NCBI GenBank assembly: GCA_043228905.1
Contig: JBHGNT010000010.1
Coordinates: 9,548,001-9,612,000, forward strand
Length of the DNA: 64,000 bases
Reading direction: 5' to 3'
DNA from: Azolla caroliniana
Lineage: Eukaryota > Plantae > Polypodiophyta
A program made the translations under genes and the position numbers. Shown here piece by piece: positions 1-12,256 of this stretch. The notes below the pieces were generated by a model. It saw nothing but the letters and a program-made list of their open reading frames with translations, was not told the DNA's origin and did no database searches. The first letter of the stretch is position 1; each line of letters begins with the position of its first letter.

Positions 1-902
1 GACGGAAGGTGACGGAAGCAAAGTGGGTGACCGAAACGAGAACGAGGAAGATTGTAGCGGATGGAGGAGAGACCCCTTGACACCGAGACCAGAGACTACG
101 GCAGTTGCGCCCGAGTGCGGACATAAGACCGGAGAGGTGGGCAGTGGCCGTGAGGAGGCGTGGCCCGGAGCGGGCACATATGAAGAGGATGCGAGGCCCG
201 GAATGGGCATATCCAAAGGTACTAAATAAGAGGCCGGGAGTGGCAAAGAGGAGAGAGTTGGGAACCGACCCGACCGAAAGACGAACTGGTCGATAATCCG
301 ACACGACTGGAAGACGACGCGGAAGAAGTTTGGAGCTGGGGCTGATCAACCGGGCCTGACCGGAAAGGCAGCAGACTCGGCCGGAATTGTTCGGCCGAGC
401 CCGACACGACCGAATACGAATGTGGAAGTAGGCCGACCAAGCCAAAAACCGAACGACCAAGACCAGTCCCAAAAAGGGCTAAGCTGGCCTAATTGGAGAT
501 CATGGCGAGTGAACCGCAACACTCGGTGGGAGGCGGTGAACACGAAGAGGCCAAGCATGCACGAGGAGTACAACTCGGCGGGAGACCGAGAGCGAGAGGA
601 ACCCTCCACACCTATCCTTCAGACTTTGGCGGTTGCGGGTCGACGTGAGACCAAAGAGATGGTGGGTGGCAGCGAGGAGTCGGAAGTCGGAGCGAACAAG
701 GATACTAGAACGGGCATCCGATACGGAATGACGGATGAGCGGGGCCAAGACGATAAACCGGAGCCGGAAGGGGCTATGGCAACGAAGGGAGAAGAGGCTG
801 ACGCGGAGGTCAGGACTACGGCGGAAGAAGCGTGTAACACGAACCATGCATTATGGCGTAAAACGAAGCATGCACTACGGCTGGCGAAGGGCCAACAAGC
901 AC

Positions 903-2243
903 CTAGTAGCTAATTAGCTACTGGCAACTAATTAGCTATCCTACTAGCTAATTAGCTATCATAGTAGCTAATTAGCTACTGACATAGTTGTGTAAAGTAG
1001 CTAATAAGCTATCCTAGTAGCTAATTAGCTACTGGCAGCTAATTAGCTGTCCTAGTAGCTAATAAGCTATCCTAGCTATTGCATAGTTGAGAAAGTAGCT
1101 AATTAGCTTTCATTGTAGCTAATTAGCTATCCTAGCTACCACCATAGTTAGTAAAGTAGCTAATTAGCTATCCTAGCTACTACCATAGTTAGTAAAGTAG
1201 CTAATTAGCTATCCTAGCTACTACCATAGTTGAGTAAAGTAGCTAATTAGCTATCCTAGCTACTACCATAGTTGAGTAAAGTAGCTAATTAGCTACCATA
1301 GTAGCTAATTAGCTATCCTAGCTACTACTATAGTTGTGTAAAGTAGCTAATAAGCTATCCTACTAGCTAATTAGCTATCCTAGTAAGTAATTAGCTATGG
1401 TACTAGCTAATTAGCTAGTACTATAGTTGTGTAAAAAAGCTAATTAGGTATCCTACTAGATAATTAGCCACTGGCAACTAATTAGCTATCCTAGTAACTA
1501 ATTAGCTACTGCCATAGTTGTGTAAAGTAGCTAATAAGCTATCCTAGTAGCTAATTAGCTACTAGCAGCTAATTAGCTATCCTAGTAGCTAATTAGCTAT
1601 CCTACTAGCTAATTAGCTAGTACCATAGTTGTGTAAAAAAGCTAATTAGCTATCCTACTAGCTAATTAGCTACTGCCAACTAATTAGCTATCCTAGTAGC
1701 TAATTAGCTATCCTACTAGCTAATTAGCTGCTGGCAACTAATTAGCTATCCTACTAGCGAATTAGCTATCCTAGTAGCTACTGCCATAGTTGTGTAAAGT
1801 AGCTAATAAGCTATCCTAGTAGCTAATTAGCTACTGGCAGCTAATTAGCTATCCTAGTAGCTAATTAGCTACTGGCAGCTAATTAGCTGTCCTAGTAGCT
1901 AATAAGCTATCCTAGCTACTACATAGTTCAGAAAGTAGCTAATTAGCTATCCTAGCTACTACCATAGTTAGTAAAGTAGCTAATTAGCTATCCTAGCTAC
2001 TACCATAGTTAGTAAAGTAGCTAATTAGCTATCCTAGCTACTACCATAGTTGAGTAAAGTAGCTAATTAGCTATCCTAGCTACTACCATAGTTGAGTAAA
2101 GTAGCTAATTAGCTATCCTAACTACTACCATAGTTGAGTAAAGTACCTAATTAGCTATCATACTAGCTAATTAGCTATCGTACTAGCTAATTAGCTATCC
2201 AAGCTTCTACCATAGTTTAGTAAAGTAGCTAATTAGCTATCCT
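903..2243. repeat. Complex tandem array built on the palindrome TAGCTAATTAGCTA (approx. 20-bp and 42-43-bp units)
   Basis: Directly visible repeats of ctagtagctaattagctatc and ctagctactaccatagttgagtaaagtagctaattagctatc. Confidence 0.97.
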
Positions 2244-2266
2244 AAATAACTGTCATGTTATTGTAG

Positions 2267-3520
2267 AATCTTGTGGATTAAGGACGGCACATGATGTGTC
2301 TGGTGCTGATGATGCTGCAACAGATGAGGATACTACTGCCAATGTGGCTAAAAGTAAGAGTCCTGCTATCACATCTCCTTCAGATCAGCTGCACCCTATT
2401 CTTTTGGAACAGTGTACTGAATTAGGCAACGATGTGAAATGCCATGAAATAGTGGAAACAACATGTAAAACTGAGGTTCACAACAACAGTGTTTATGAAC
2501 ACTTGATGCAACATTTCTTCGAGTCTCAAGACCTTGATTCCACCCCACCGAGCCCAACTACTGAAAATGTCCAAACAGATCCCTCTGTACTTGAAAAGCT
2601 AGTTCAAGAAACGGTTGATGTGCAATTAGCTGCTGAGGCGATGGGAAGGTTGTCGGAGGAGGACACACTTGCGCATTGGGTCCTAGAAGCAAGGCTAAAT
2701 GGGGAACCAACCAGAAAAAGGCTGAAGAAGGGGCCACGATCGGGAACAAGACCAGTTACTCGGTCAAGGGGCCCAGACGTAGTGGAGCGAAATACTGTTT
2801 AGTTGGATATGATTGTTAGCTTAGGGATTTTGCTAGGGTTTTATGAAGTTTTACTATCCTGTTGGACAAGTAAAACCTCAGATTGGTTGTTGCTTGATCC
2901 ACATTATGTAATGGAACTCTATGATGTTTTTCCAAGATAATTTGAAGAGTGTTGTTCTATGACTGAAACTCTTTGATGTTCAGGATATTGTTTTGTGAGA
3001 CTATTAGTTACTTTGTGAGTGTGAATATGTTGGTGTTTTCTGATGTTGCAGAGTCTAAAGGGTTTGATTCTATTGCTCGTAAGGCCAATGGCAGTGTGGA
3101 TATTGTTGATGTTGCGGCATGTTTAAAGGGCCCCATCTTGAAAGTAGATGTAGCAACTGACACAAGTGATCTGGTCACACAAGTTGATCAAGCATGTAGC
3201 ACGGATGACTTGGTGTTGCAGGTAGATGCAGCATGTAGCACGGATGACTTGGTGTTGCAGGTAGATGCAGCATGTGATACCAGTGGACTGATATCAAGCA
3301 GATCAGTAGCTACATGCACTGAGGTAATCCAAGGATTGATAACTAAGTCGACAAAACAAGAGCACCAGAATGTGAAGCTATGCCCAACACAGTCGACTAG
3401 GGGTTTAAAGAGGAAAAGGACACCAGTTGTGTCAGCCGAACCTGAGCTGATTGAGATTGATCGTATCCTACCAGAAAATGGTGTAACAGCGGCTCAGTTT
3501 CAGGAATGGAAACCTAATGT
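2267..3520 (+). pseudogene. Captured gene or transposon fragment with two exon-like open frames; product unknown
   Basis: ORFs 2296-2802 and 2973-3530. Acceptor-like ttgtag (2266) and gttgcag (3051). T-rich spacer between the frames. 39-bp coding repeat (AACSTDDLVLQVD) and KRKR motif. Confidence 0.4.
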
Positions 3521-4007
3521 GGCCGCGTAAGGGCCGAGCGACGGGCACGAGGATGATCGACGACGAAGCTCGGCGCGTGACAGTGTTGAGTCGAGGAAGC
3601 GGCCGAGGCAAGACAAGAGTGGACGAAGAGCACACTGTGCAATATCCGGCAAACAGTCGGGAAGAACGAGGACTCAGTCCAAGGTCTCGCGTGGAAAACG
3701 AAGGAAGCCAAAGAGAGGTGTGCGAAGACCAGGTCTGGCGGATCGGGCGGAGACGGTGGTTCGGCGAACTCCGTCGAGTATGGTGGATCGGATGGAGCCG
3801 ACGGTTCGAGAGCATACGGCGGCGGGTATGGCGGACCGGGAGGCTACAGTGGTCCATGTGGGAAGGATGGGCTTGCTCGAAGTGGAAGACGAAATCGGGC
3901 AAAGTTGACAAGGACGCTAAGGACTCGGTAGATCACCACGGCCAAAAATCTCACCTCTTTCCCCTTCTTGGCACATACCGGTGGATGTGCGGTTTGGTGG
4001 GGGCGGA

Positions 4008-4717
4008 TGTCGTGAAGATTTTCGTCCATAGGGGGAAAACCGAGCGGAGTGAGCAAAACCGGGGTGTGCAACGTTGCACACGCACATGATGTATTTGTAA
4101 AATATTAATAAGAACAAAATTGTAAGAAATGCACCACAAGATTCCTAAAATGTGAATGTGATGTGCACTTACGTGCACATCCACATGAGAAAGAGAGGGG
4201 TACGTAGGAGTACGAGGTGAGTAATGGGCATAGTAGTATGTGCGAGGAGTGGGAGTTAAGGCCCCATCAATCCCTCTTCCAAGAATCTAAGCAAATATCC
4301 CCCATTGAATGAAGGGGATATTTAGTTTCTCTTTTTTGTAACGGCTTCCTCTCCTTATGCTATAAAAGGAGAGGAAGGGGCACCATTGAGGGGTTGCCTA
4401 TTTTGAGTAAGAAGAGGTATACCACTTAGGTCGAGAGTATCTATTCGGTTTAGGGTTTCTTCATTTCTTTCTTTACTTATCCTATTAGGGTTTACATTCT
4501 ACTCATGTCTTAAGTCCGGCCCACGCGGCCGCGGTTGTAATATCATTGAGGCTTTCATGTCCATAATATACATAACTTCTTGAATCTTGTCTCTTTCTAC
4601 TTCCTCTACCGTGTTAATCTCTTCCGCTTTGCTCATACCCGTCTTCCCATCTACTCCCTAGTCCAAGACCCCCGTGGTCCCGCCTTATTCTACACGCACG
4701 CGCGTAGTAACGCGACA
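4008..4717 (+). repeat. 3' LTR
   Basis: TGTCGTG...CGCGACA termini, PPT upstream, tataaaa near 4361, conserved clade U5 motif. Confidence 0.9.
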
Positions 4718-5395
4718 ACATAACTTGAAGTTCGCAAAAGGACTCTATCATATGCCTCCAAAGATCCATGTCGCGCATCAACTGATGCTGCTAGCTGAAG
4801 GCTCTCTAGAGTTCCTTGTTCTCTGGTTGGAGTTCGATGAGCTCGTCATTTCGAGTGCAAAGCACTTGCGTAGTGTTGCGGCCGATTCTTCCTTTGCTGT
4901 CCAAATAATTGTTGCTGCCTGCTCCTTTGCCAGAAGCGCTTTTGGTTGTATTCCTCCACCTTCACTTTTAAAGTCGTTTCAAGCTGCTCCCGCAATTCGA
5001 CTTCTCTTTTCTATGATTATTGTAGGGCTTCACGGAGTTGATCAAGTTTGGCTAGGACCTCCTGTTGGCATTTTTGGCCTTCTAGGTAATCATCGTCTGT
5101 GCTTCCAATTCTTCTGCAAGGTTGTCAGGCGAGGGCGATGTCGTGGTGGTGGTGAGGGGTGTTTCTTAGCTGGGGACGTTAGCTGATCTTGTGAGGAGGT
5201 TGTCTTGACTATGGATGTCGCTCTCATACCATGTAAACGGAATGATGCAGAAGCTTAAACAATAGACACTGAATACAACTGGCTCAACTGGACAACGGGA
5301 AACAAAACTTAAGAAAATACATAGATAGGTTTATAGTATATAGGAGCGGGAGAGATAGAGAGAGTTTTGGGAAACAAGTCCTTCTAGATGGGACC
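4718..5395 (-). mobile_element. Fragment of an older LTR element (PBS-Met, decayed coiled-coil ORF start, partial LTR)
   Basis: The reverse complement of 5220-5231 is tggtatgagagc (PBS-Met-like) and abuts an LTR end at 5232. Confidence 0.55.
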
Positions 5396-5800
5396 TGTTG
5401 TACAGCCGGCCTCGTCCGGATCGGTCGGAAGACATGAGATAAGCATTCGGAATTCGGATCCAGAAAGCATCTAGAAACCCGATCGAGCCGTAACTTATTA
5501 GAGGCTATATTTGTAAATAACCATTACAACGTATAAGTATATATATACTTAGGGCTAACATGTTAGTTGTGTCATTGTAAAGTTAGTTATCACTATACTG
5601 AGGGAGAGACTGAGAGTGAGTGAGAGTAAACTCTGGTTTGACGAAGAGGAGCATAAGGTTGTTGCCTTATAGTCTCCTGTGTACTTCTTCTCCCACCCTA
5701 GTGATTATTTGGAGTTTGTGGAGTCCCATGGTTTTTTCCCTTTCAGGGTTTTCCACGTTAATATCTTGTGTCACTGTGTCGTATCATCTCTGTGTTTAGA
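5396..5800 (+). repeat. Copia-type LTR fragment (right boundary uncertain)
   Basis: TGTTG start and the motif ccatggttttttccctttcagggttttccacgt shared with the Copia LTRs at 19114 and 23068. Confidence 0.45.
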
Positions 5801-6472
5801 ACTTTTTTTTGTGTGCTTGAAGTTCGGTTGTGGTTGAACCCATTTACCTTTGAGAGAGCAAAAAAGATAAATTCAATTCAAAATAATCAAAACTTTGTAC
5901 ATGCAAATGTGCTTAGAGAGCACTCTTATAAATGAGCTATTGACACTGACTCCTAGAATTATTCCTATCTATTAAAAGGGGACCGTAGGCTTCTAATGGC
6001 TTGTCGGCTCCCAACTTCTCCAACCGATCTGGGCCTAGCCAATCGGTCTTCATCCGATCAGGCACTCAACTTATTTGGACGATCTGGCCCATGTTGAACT
6101 TGCTTCTCAACGACGATGATCAACACAAAACAAGGATGGAAGGTCTTAGTGGAGTGACAAGAGAACTTCATGGAGCTTGCACAAATATGAGAGTTTAGAT
6201 CGGTGATGGCTAATTGGACCAACAATTCTTTGTGTAAAGTTCAACGACACATTTTGTCATTCTTGTAGACCCGTATATCATGACAATTCGTATGGTTACA
6301 ATAACAATTTTCTTTTTGAAGCCTTGAATTAAAATGGACGAGAAAATTTTACTTGGTCCTATGGATATGAGATCTCCATACGAAGTTAATGATGGAGAAC
6401 TATTAACAATTCCCCATAGATGCAACCCTCTTACTTATGTAGGTATTATGGTACTATGTTATGGTGTTATAC

Positions 6473-7162
6473 TGAAAGGATAGGATCATAGATCTATGAG
6501 AAATAGTAGGCAAAGACTTTGCACAACGCGGAAAAATAGAAATATAATAGAGCACAAAGATTGCACAGAGTGCACAATATTTTACGTGGAAACCTTAAAA
6601 CAGGGGAAAACCATGGGCAACAGAGAATCACTATAACAGAGATATACAAGGGAAGAACAGATTACAACACTCACGTTATAGAGTGTATGAGCCACACAAG
6701 GCTCTTGGCATCTCGTATCACACAACTATGGCGCCGCTCACACTCTCGCGCCTCTCTTCCTCTTGCTTTGTTACTCTCACACTTCTTCTTCACCCATATG
6801 TAGAAGCTCTAACTTGCATACATACCATGAGGTTTGCCCTAGGTGTATTTATACTCATACACAATATGGGCTATTTACAGATATAGCTGTTATTATTATT
6901 AGACAATAATAATAATAGTCCTTAATCAGTTAACTGACTGGCCCGACTAGCCTACTCCCATGTCGGCTATCCAGTCAACCTGATCTAGCCAGTCTTGTCT
7001 TCTACTTGGATCATCTATCCAATATTGTCAACTCTCCGCGTCGACTCTCCCAATCAACCCTCCATGTCGATTTTCCTAGTCGACTCTTCCTTGGCCCAAC
7101 TAGTCGGCTATTCCTTGTTTCCGACTGTCGACTTCTCCCATAGGAGGGACATATTCCTAACA
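6473..7162 (-). mobile_element. Solo LTR of the Copia family seen at 19114, 23068 and 57430
   Basis: TG...CA ends with perfect 5-bp TSD TATAC (6468-6472 and 7163-7167). Reverse-complement start tgttaggaatatgtccctcc. Confidence 0.92.
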
Positions 7163-7962
7163 TATACTTTGTGATGATGTTCTTGAGATCTTAACATAAG
7201 AAGCTAACATGTGTAATACTAAAACAAGTCGGAAGAATTGTTTTGTCTTGACAACATGTCTCCACATTTGGGGTGAATTCACCAGAAAGCTTTGTTAACA
7301 TTTATACCCTAGAATCTATTACATTTGGTATGATGCCTAAATCACAACATAATATGTAACTTATATTCCTAGTTTATTAAGAAATTATGTCATACTCTAT
7401 CTAAATGCATTGATGCCTAAATCACTATATATTATACAATTATACTAAGAACATATTAAGAAATGATATTGTACTTAAGGTCGTATATATTATTTTGGGG
7501 CCCACTCTACTTTAAGGATCAATATATATAGGCATGTTACATGTGACAAATGGTCATGTAACTAAGTCACCCTTGAGCTTCACACATGGTTGGAGTGCTT
7601 GAATACAAATATATCACATTGAATATAATATATATATCCAAGCATAAGATGCACACAATCCCATTTAATACGTAGGGTAAGTGTTGGGACGAGGGTCTTG
7701 TAGTGTTTGATTGACCTTGTAGAGAAGTTTTCCTACCACAACATCGCTGACCCTTAACATAGGTACATTTGCACAAAAATAATTACCAACATGTATCAGC
7801 TGAAAAGGCTAACGAGATGTGCATGTATGTTATTGCTTTGGAGACATGAATTGAACATTGGAATGACAACGAGCGTGTTCACGTCCGAGTTATCCCGGAG
7901 AGACAAACATACTCAAGATTCCGTTCGGTTCGGGGAGGGATCGCAAGAGCTGCTGAGTGGGT

Positions 7963-7968
7963 TATAAA
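7963..7968 (+). promoter_or_regulatory. Possible TATA box of the host gene
   Basis: TATAAA about 200 bp upstream of ATG 8172, followed by a GA-rich leader. Confidence 0.35.
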
Positions 7969-8114
7969 AATCTCGATCAAATGGACGGCATGTTTCGGGC
8001 AAAGACTAGCCGAACCCGGACGATCCGGGTTGGTTTGCTCCCCATGGTTCTTCTACATGTGAAGGGGCCATGATATACAGATATATATGTGTGCGTCTGC
8101 GTGAGGAGGATAAG

Positions 8115-8117
<3 letters not shown>

Positions 8118-8159
<42 letters not shown>
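8118..8159. repeat. (GA)n microsatellite in the putative 5' UTR
   Basis: Directly visible. Confidence 0.95.
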
Positions 8160-8165
<6 letters not shown>

Positions 8166-8171
8166 AGGGCG

Positions 8172-8810
8172 ATGGATCCTATGGACTTGCTGCTGATGAT
8201 GCAGCAACATGAGCATGAGCATGAAGAAAGGTCTTATGGTGGTGCAGAGGGAAGTAGAAAGTCTCCTTACATCATGCCCCACAACCTCTTGGGCCTCAAC
8301 GGCCTCACCGCCATGGAAGGTGCCATGGATACTGCCACTGCAGCCACAGCCCTGATGCTCATGGACCAAGCAGTGCAAGAAGAAGAAGAAGAAGAAGATC
8401 AAAGCATCTCCATGGCCCGCCGCCATCTCCTCCACTTTCAATCATCCAGCTCCTCCTCCTCCTCCTCCAGTGGCCGTGCCAAGGTGGCCCGCCTCGAAGC
8501 AGCCCTGGAGGCCAAGGTCGTCCAAGTCATTGTTTCCGGAGAGTTCGAAACCCTACTTCAACCTAACTCAGGGAAATCTGTCCCCGTCGCCGGCCACCAT
8601 GTATGTGTCTCATTCCATGATGATGCCTCCACGGGCCAACGCGTGTGGGAGTGGCATGGCCACATCCTTTCCCTCCATGATGATTACCATGACCATGAAG
8701 ATGCCTCATATTCCCCTCAGTATGTCTATGGAAACTTCTTTCAGCCTTTGGCACAGACATGCACAACCAACAAGGTGAAGAAGGTAAATAATGGCAACAG
8801 GATAGGATAG
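8172..8810 (+). CDS. Probable host gene: uncharacterised plant protein with a low-complexity N-terminus and a C-terminal PNSG...HHVCV.FH...RVWEWHGH...Y.P.YVYGNFF domain
   Basis: Intact 212-codon frame with no TE motifs and a GA-repeat leader. The C-terminal motif resembles conserved uncharacterised land-plant proteins (recollection, not a search). A possible splice donor near 8784 cannot be excluded. Confidence 0.75.
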   Translation: MDPMDLLLMMQQHEHEHEERSYGGAEGSRKSPYIMPHNLLGLNGLTAMEGAMDTATAATALMLMDQAVQEEEEEEDQSISMARRHLLHFQSSSSSSSSSSGRAKVARLEAALEAKVVQVIVSGEFETLLQPNSGKSVPVAGHHVCVSFHDDASTGQRVWEWHGHILSLHDDYHDHEDASYSPQYVYGNFFQPLAQTCTTNKVKKVNNGNRIG

Positions 8811-9515
8811 ATCGGAATGCCGTTCCTGATAGTTCAGCATCACAATGCTGGCCTCCCCTTCTTTTGAAATGACATGCAATGGGGAGTCATAAATCTCGGA
8901 AAGCATGTGCTGCTGGTCTGTGGTACCTAATCAAAACAAGTTCAATATATATTGCTCTGTGATGAGGCAGTCAAGGGAGAAGTCCGGCTATGTGATGAGA
9001 CTTGCCTTGCCTTTGTAGTAAAAAAATATGTATGGCTTGGATTTCTGTGAGTAACTCTATAATTTGATCAAGAGTGTCTTTTGTGAGAACCTTGTAATTG
9101 TGTTTGCTGTGTGAAGGTGATATAGATTGTTGACGCATTGCATTGCGACACGGTTCTGGCTTCTGTGGAAGCTTTTTCAACAACTCTCTATGTTTTATTG
9201 CTTTGCATGACTCTGCAAAAATCCACAAACCAACCGGGCATGCAACTTTGTTGTCCGGCATCAGCACTATGATAATCATTGTCTCATCAACAGCTAACAC
9301 TTTCTTATCCAAGGACAAAACTAAGTGTATTTGGCGGAAAATGTGCTCTAGTGTCATACTACCTCTATGGCCAATTACTCGGTCACAACTACACCTCTGT
9401 TAGTATTATGATCTTTACATAAACATAGTGTAGCTTTTATAAATATAAGTTCGTATTACAAGAAGGTGATAATACAAAACCACGCAATCTCAACTACTTC
9501 ATTAGTGGCGATTTG

Positions 9516-9784
9516 TAGGAATCAATGATGGCTCGGGTCAAGCCTAAACTGGACCGCAGTTCAGTTCGGTTTAGGCTTGAGCTTCGTTAACCGGTTTGAG
9601 CTCGGTTTGGTATTGCTCAAACTAGTTACCAAGCCGGTTAAGGCTTAATTGGCTAACCTAAACCGGTTTAGGCTTAACCGGTTCGTTTCAGGTTTTGAAA
9701 CCCCAAAACTGGTTTAGGCTTAACTGGTTTGGTTTGGACAAGGCCAAACTGGTTAAGCCGAAACCGAACCGTTGTCGATTCCTA
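9516..9784. mobile_element. MITE, hAT-like non-autonomous element
   Basis: Imperfect TIRs taggaatcaatgatggctcgg / ccgaaccgttgtcgattccta and dense AACCGG/CCGGTT subterminal motifs. No TSD recognised. Confidence 0.7.
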
Positions 9785-10539
9785 GTACTAGATGAAATAA
9801 ACCTATCTCTTCTTGGGAAAATTTCCAAATCCATCTCAAATGTTGTAATACTACAATGTCCCCATACAACATAATCATGAAAATGGTAAAATCAACGTTC
9901 ATTTCAACCTCCGTATTTGTTGTTGTACCCCACAACGTCCGTTAGACAAGAACCTATTTCTCAGGTTGCAATTATACTACATGCCCCAATACCTAAGATA
10001 GTCAAACACTACCTAACTATATGATGGGGTAGGTAGTGTTTTACACCATCTACGGTGACGAACTAGCGGCATTAAAGATGATGTGGCAAGATGCTAAAAT
10101 GTCAAAATTGAAATATTACATGGCAAATATTAACCCCCAATACAAGGAAAATATGCTAGAATGTATCCAATCGCATCTCACTACCCCCATTAGCATAGGC
10201 TCTCAGAGAGTCGTAACAATTCTTTGAACTCACTCATTCAAGTAAGGTGTGGATGTAGCAGCATGGCCTGATCACACAAACATGAAGATATTCAAGGTAT
10301 GCCATGAAAACCTACCTAAGGATTAATATCACTTCCTTATGTATGATTTAATTGCATGTGAAAGCATTGTTGATATCCCAATTACAATGTAACTCCCAAA
10401 AATGTAAGAACTCAATTTCATTACACTCCATCTTTCCTTTATTTTAGAGCTAAAGGGATGAAACCATGCAATGATGATATAGTATTTGTGGTGACATGTA
10501 GCAAACACATACCACCTCTCAAAACCAATATAACCAAGG

Positions 10540-11572
10540 GGTATTACTACATGTAGCAAGCATATACCTGCTTCCAATGTTGGCATTGATAAAGGAGTAT
10601 TACATGTTGGCCTCAATAGCTATGTCTTGCAACTTTTCCAAAATAAACCCATAATTTCGGGGACCAAATAACAATATTTTAGCATCGCAAAGGAATACAT
10701 CTCAATCCAGCAAAGACATGAGTTGTCTCGGAATATCTGAAACCATCCAACGTCAAGTCCCTATAGAGTTTTCTAGGATTAGTGAATTTTTCACCAAGGT
10801 TTGTTCCTTGTTTAACAACAATTGCAACTCCTTTGTGAAACCTGTTGAGGAAGGACCAACAATATCAGTGGATGAAGGAGTGTAAGAAAAGTTTTCAAAC
10901 AATCAAACAATTACTTACCTCAACAACAACGTTGGCATTCCTTGATTTCAACAAGATTTTCAACAGACAAATACTTCCAATTTTGGAATTGGCGCAATCC
11001 TTCTACAACAAGACGTCAATGATAATTGGCACCTTGTTGTCTATATCAGTCGCGCACTGACGAAATCAGAGCAGAATTATTAAGCAATTGAAAATGAGTA
11101 TTTCGCCGTGGCATGGTCATTCCAAAAATTCCATCCGTACCTATACGACATAATGGGGCAGGTAGAGACTGATCATCTGCCGTTGATATCACTAATTCAA
11201 AAGACACAACCACCGGTATGACTGCATCGTTGGGCTCTTGCTCTGCAAGAATATAAATTCACAATGATTTATAGGCGTGGCCAATCAAACATAGTAGCAG
11301 ATGCACTCTCACGGATTGAATATCAAGTTGCTCAAGTACGGGAGGAGTCAACTGATCTCTCACTACATCAACATCAAATAAAACAAATGCAATAGCAAGA
11401 TCCAACAATCAAAGAAATTATCCTATGAATTCAGGCAAGTCGTGATGCACAACTAGGCCAAAATTTTATCATGATTGATGATGTTCTCTACTATGTAAGT
11501 TACGTAATTCCACCACAGTTGTATGTCCCCGCAACATTGCGAACGACATACCTCAAATTCTATCACAGTCAT
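10540..11572 (+). pseudogene. pol: Decayed Ty3/Gypsy pol (RT end, RNase H, start of integrase)
   Basis: SFLGLVN, GIGAILLQ, TDHLPL, HRWALALQEY and NIVADALSR motifs with stop codons. Confidence 0.85.
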
Positions 11573-12256
11573 TGTTATATGTACATCTAGACATGTACAT
11601 GGTGTGGAAAGGCCAAAATGGTCGGTGCTCTTATTTTTTGCTTTAGTTTTCTTTTGTAGCTATAGGGTGAGATAGAAAACCTCTTTGTTGTATACAGGTA
11701 GAAATGTATTGCAACCATCGTTTTTCTGTTTTTGCTAGCTATCAGAGTTTTTTCCTATCCATTTTTCCTGCCTTTGAATTCATACCCTTGGAAGAACAAT
11801 GGATCTTTGCTCCATTGATTTACAACAATGGTATCAGAGGGAGGTTGGAGATTGGAGCCGCTTGGTTGAAGCATCGATCTGTTGTTGGGCATCTAAACAT
11901 CATTTTTCCCTCGACAGGAAGAAAACAACTTGCTATTAACAGGTATTCCTCTTGTTTAAATTCTCAAGCTTGCTCAAAATATTTGTCAGAGGAAATAAGT
12001 TGTGGTGGGAGACCTCACTACATTCGGCAGAGAGTTGGAATCAATTTGGAAGCATAGCAGATGCCTAAAACTTGTGATTTTAGAAACATATGCTAGCTAT
12101 AGTTGATATTTGGAAGGTGCATGCATAGTGATGCGTGTTATATGCACTCATTGCTATCATTTTGAGATTTTTGGGCAATAAGTGGTTAGTTGCTTTCTTC
12201 TATTATTCAATTGCGAAGTTCTTGTGCTTAGTTGTTTGATACTTTTGTTCACTCCC

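Larger units (their letters stand above)
1..4717 (+). mobile_element. 3' part of a Ty3/Gypsy-type LTR element with no pol in the visible part (TGTCGTG...CGCGACA clade), interrupted by a foreign 2.6-kb segment
   Basis: 1-905 and 3520-4007 are homologous to the reverse complement of the 51474-52800 internal region. PPT ggtgggggcgga precedes the LTR at 4008. Confidence 0.8.

Noticed and set aside
5960-6470. Possible decayed TE or gene fragment
   Set aside because: No recognisable motif or termini, so it cannot be assigned by eye.
8070-8171. Upstream ATG extension of the host CDS
   Set aside because: It translates a (GA)n tract as poly-ER and is more likely 5' UTR.
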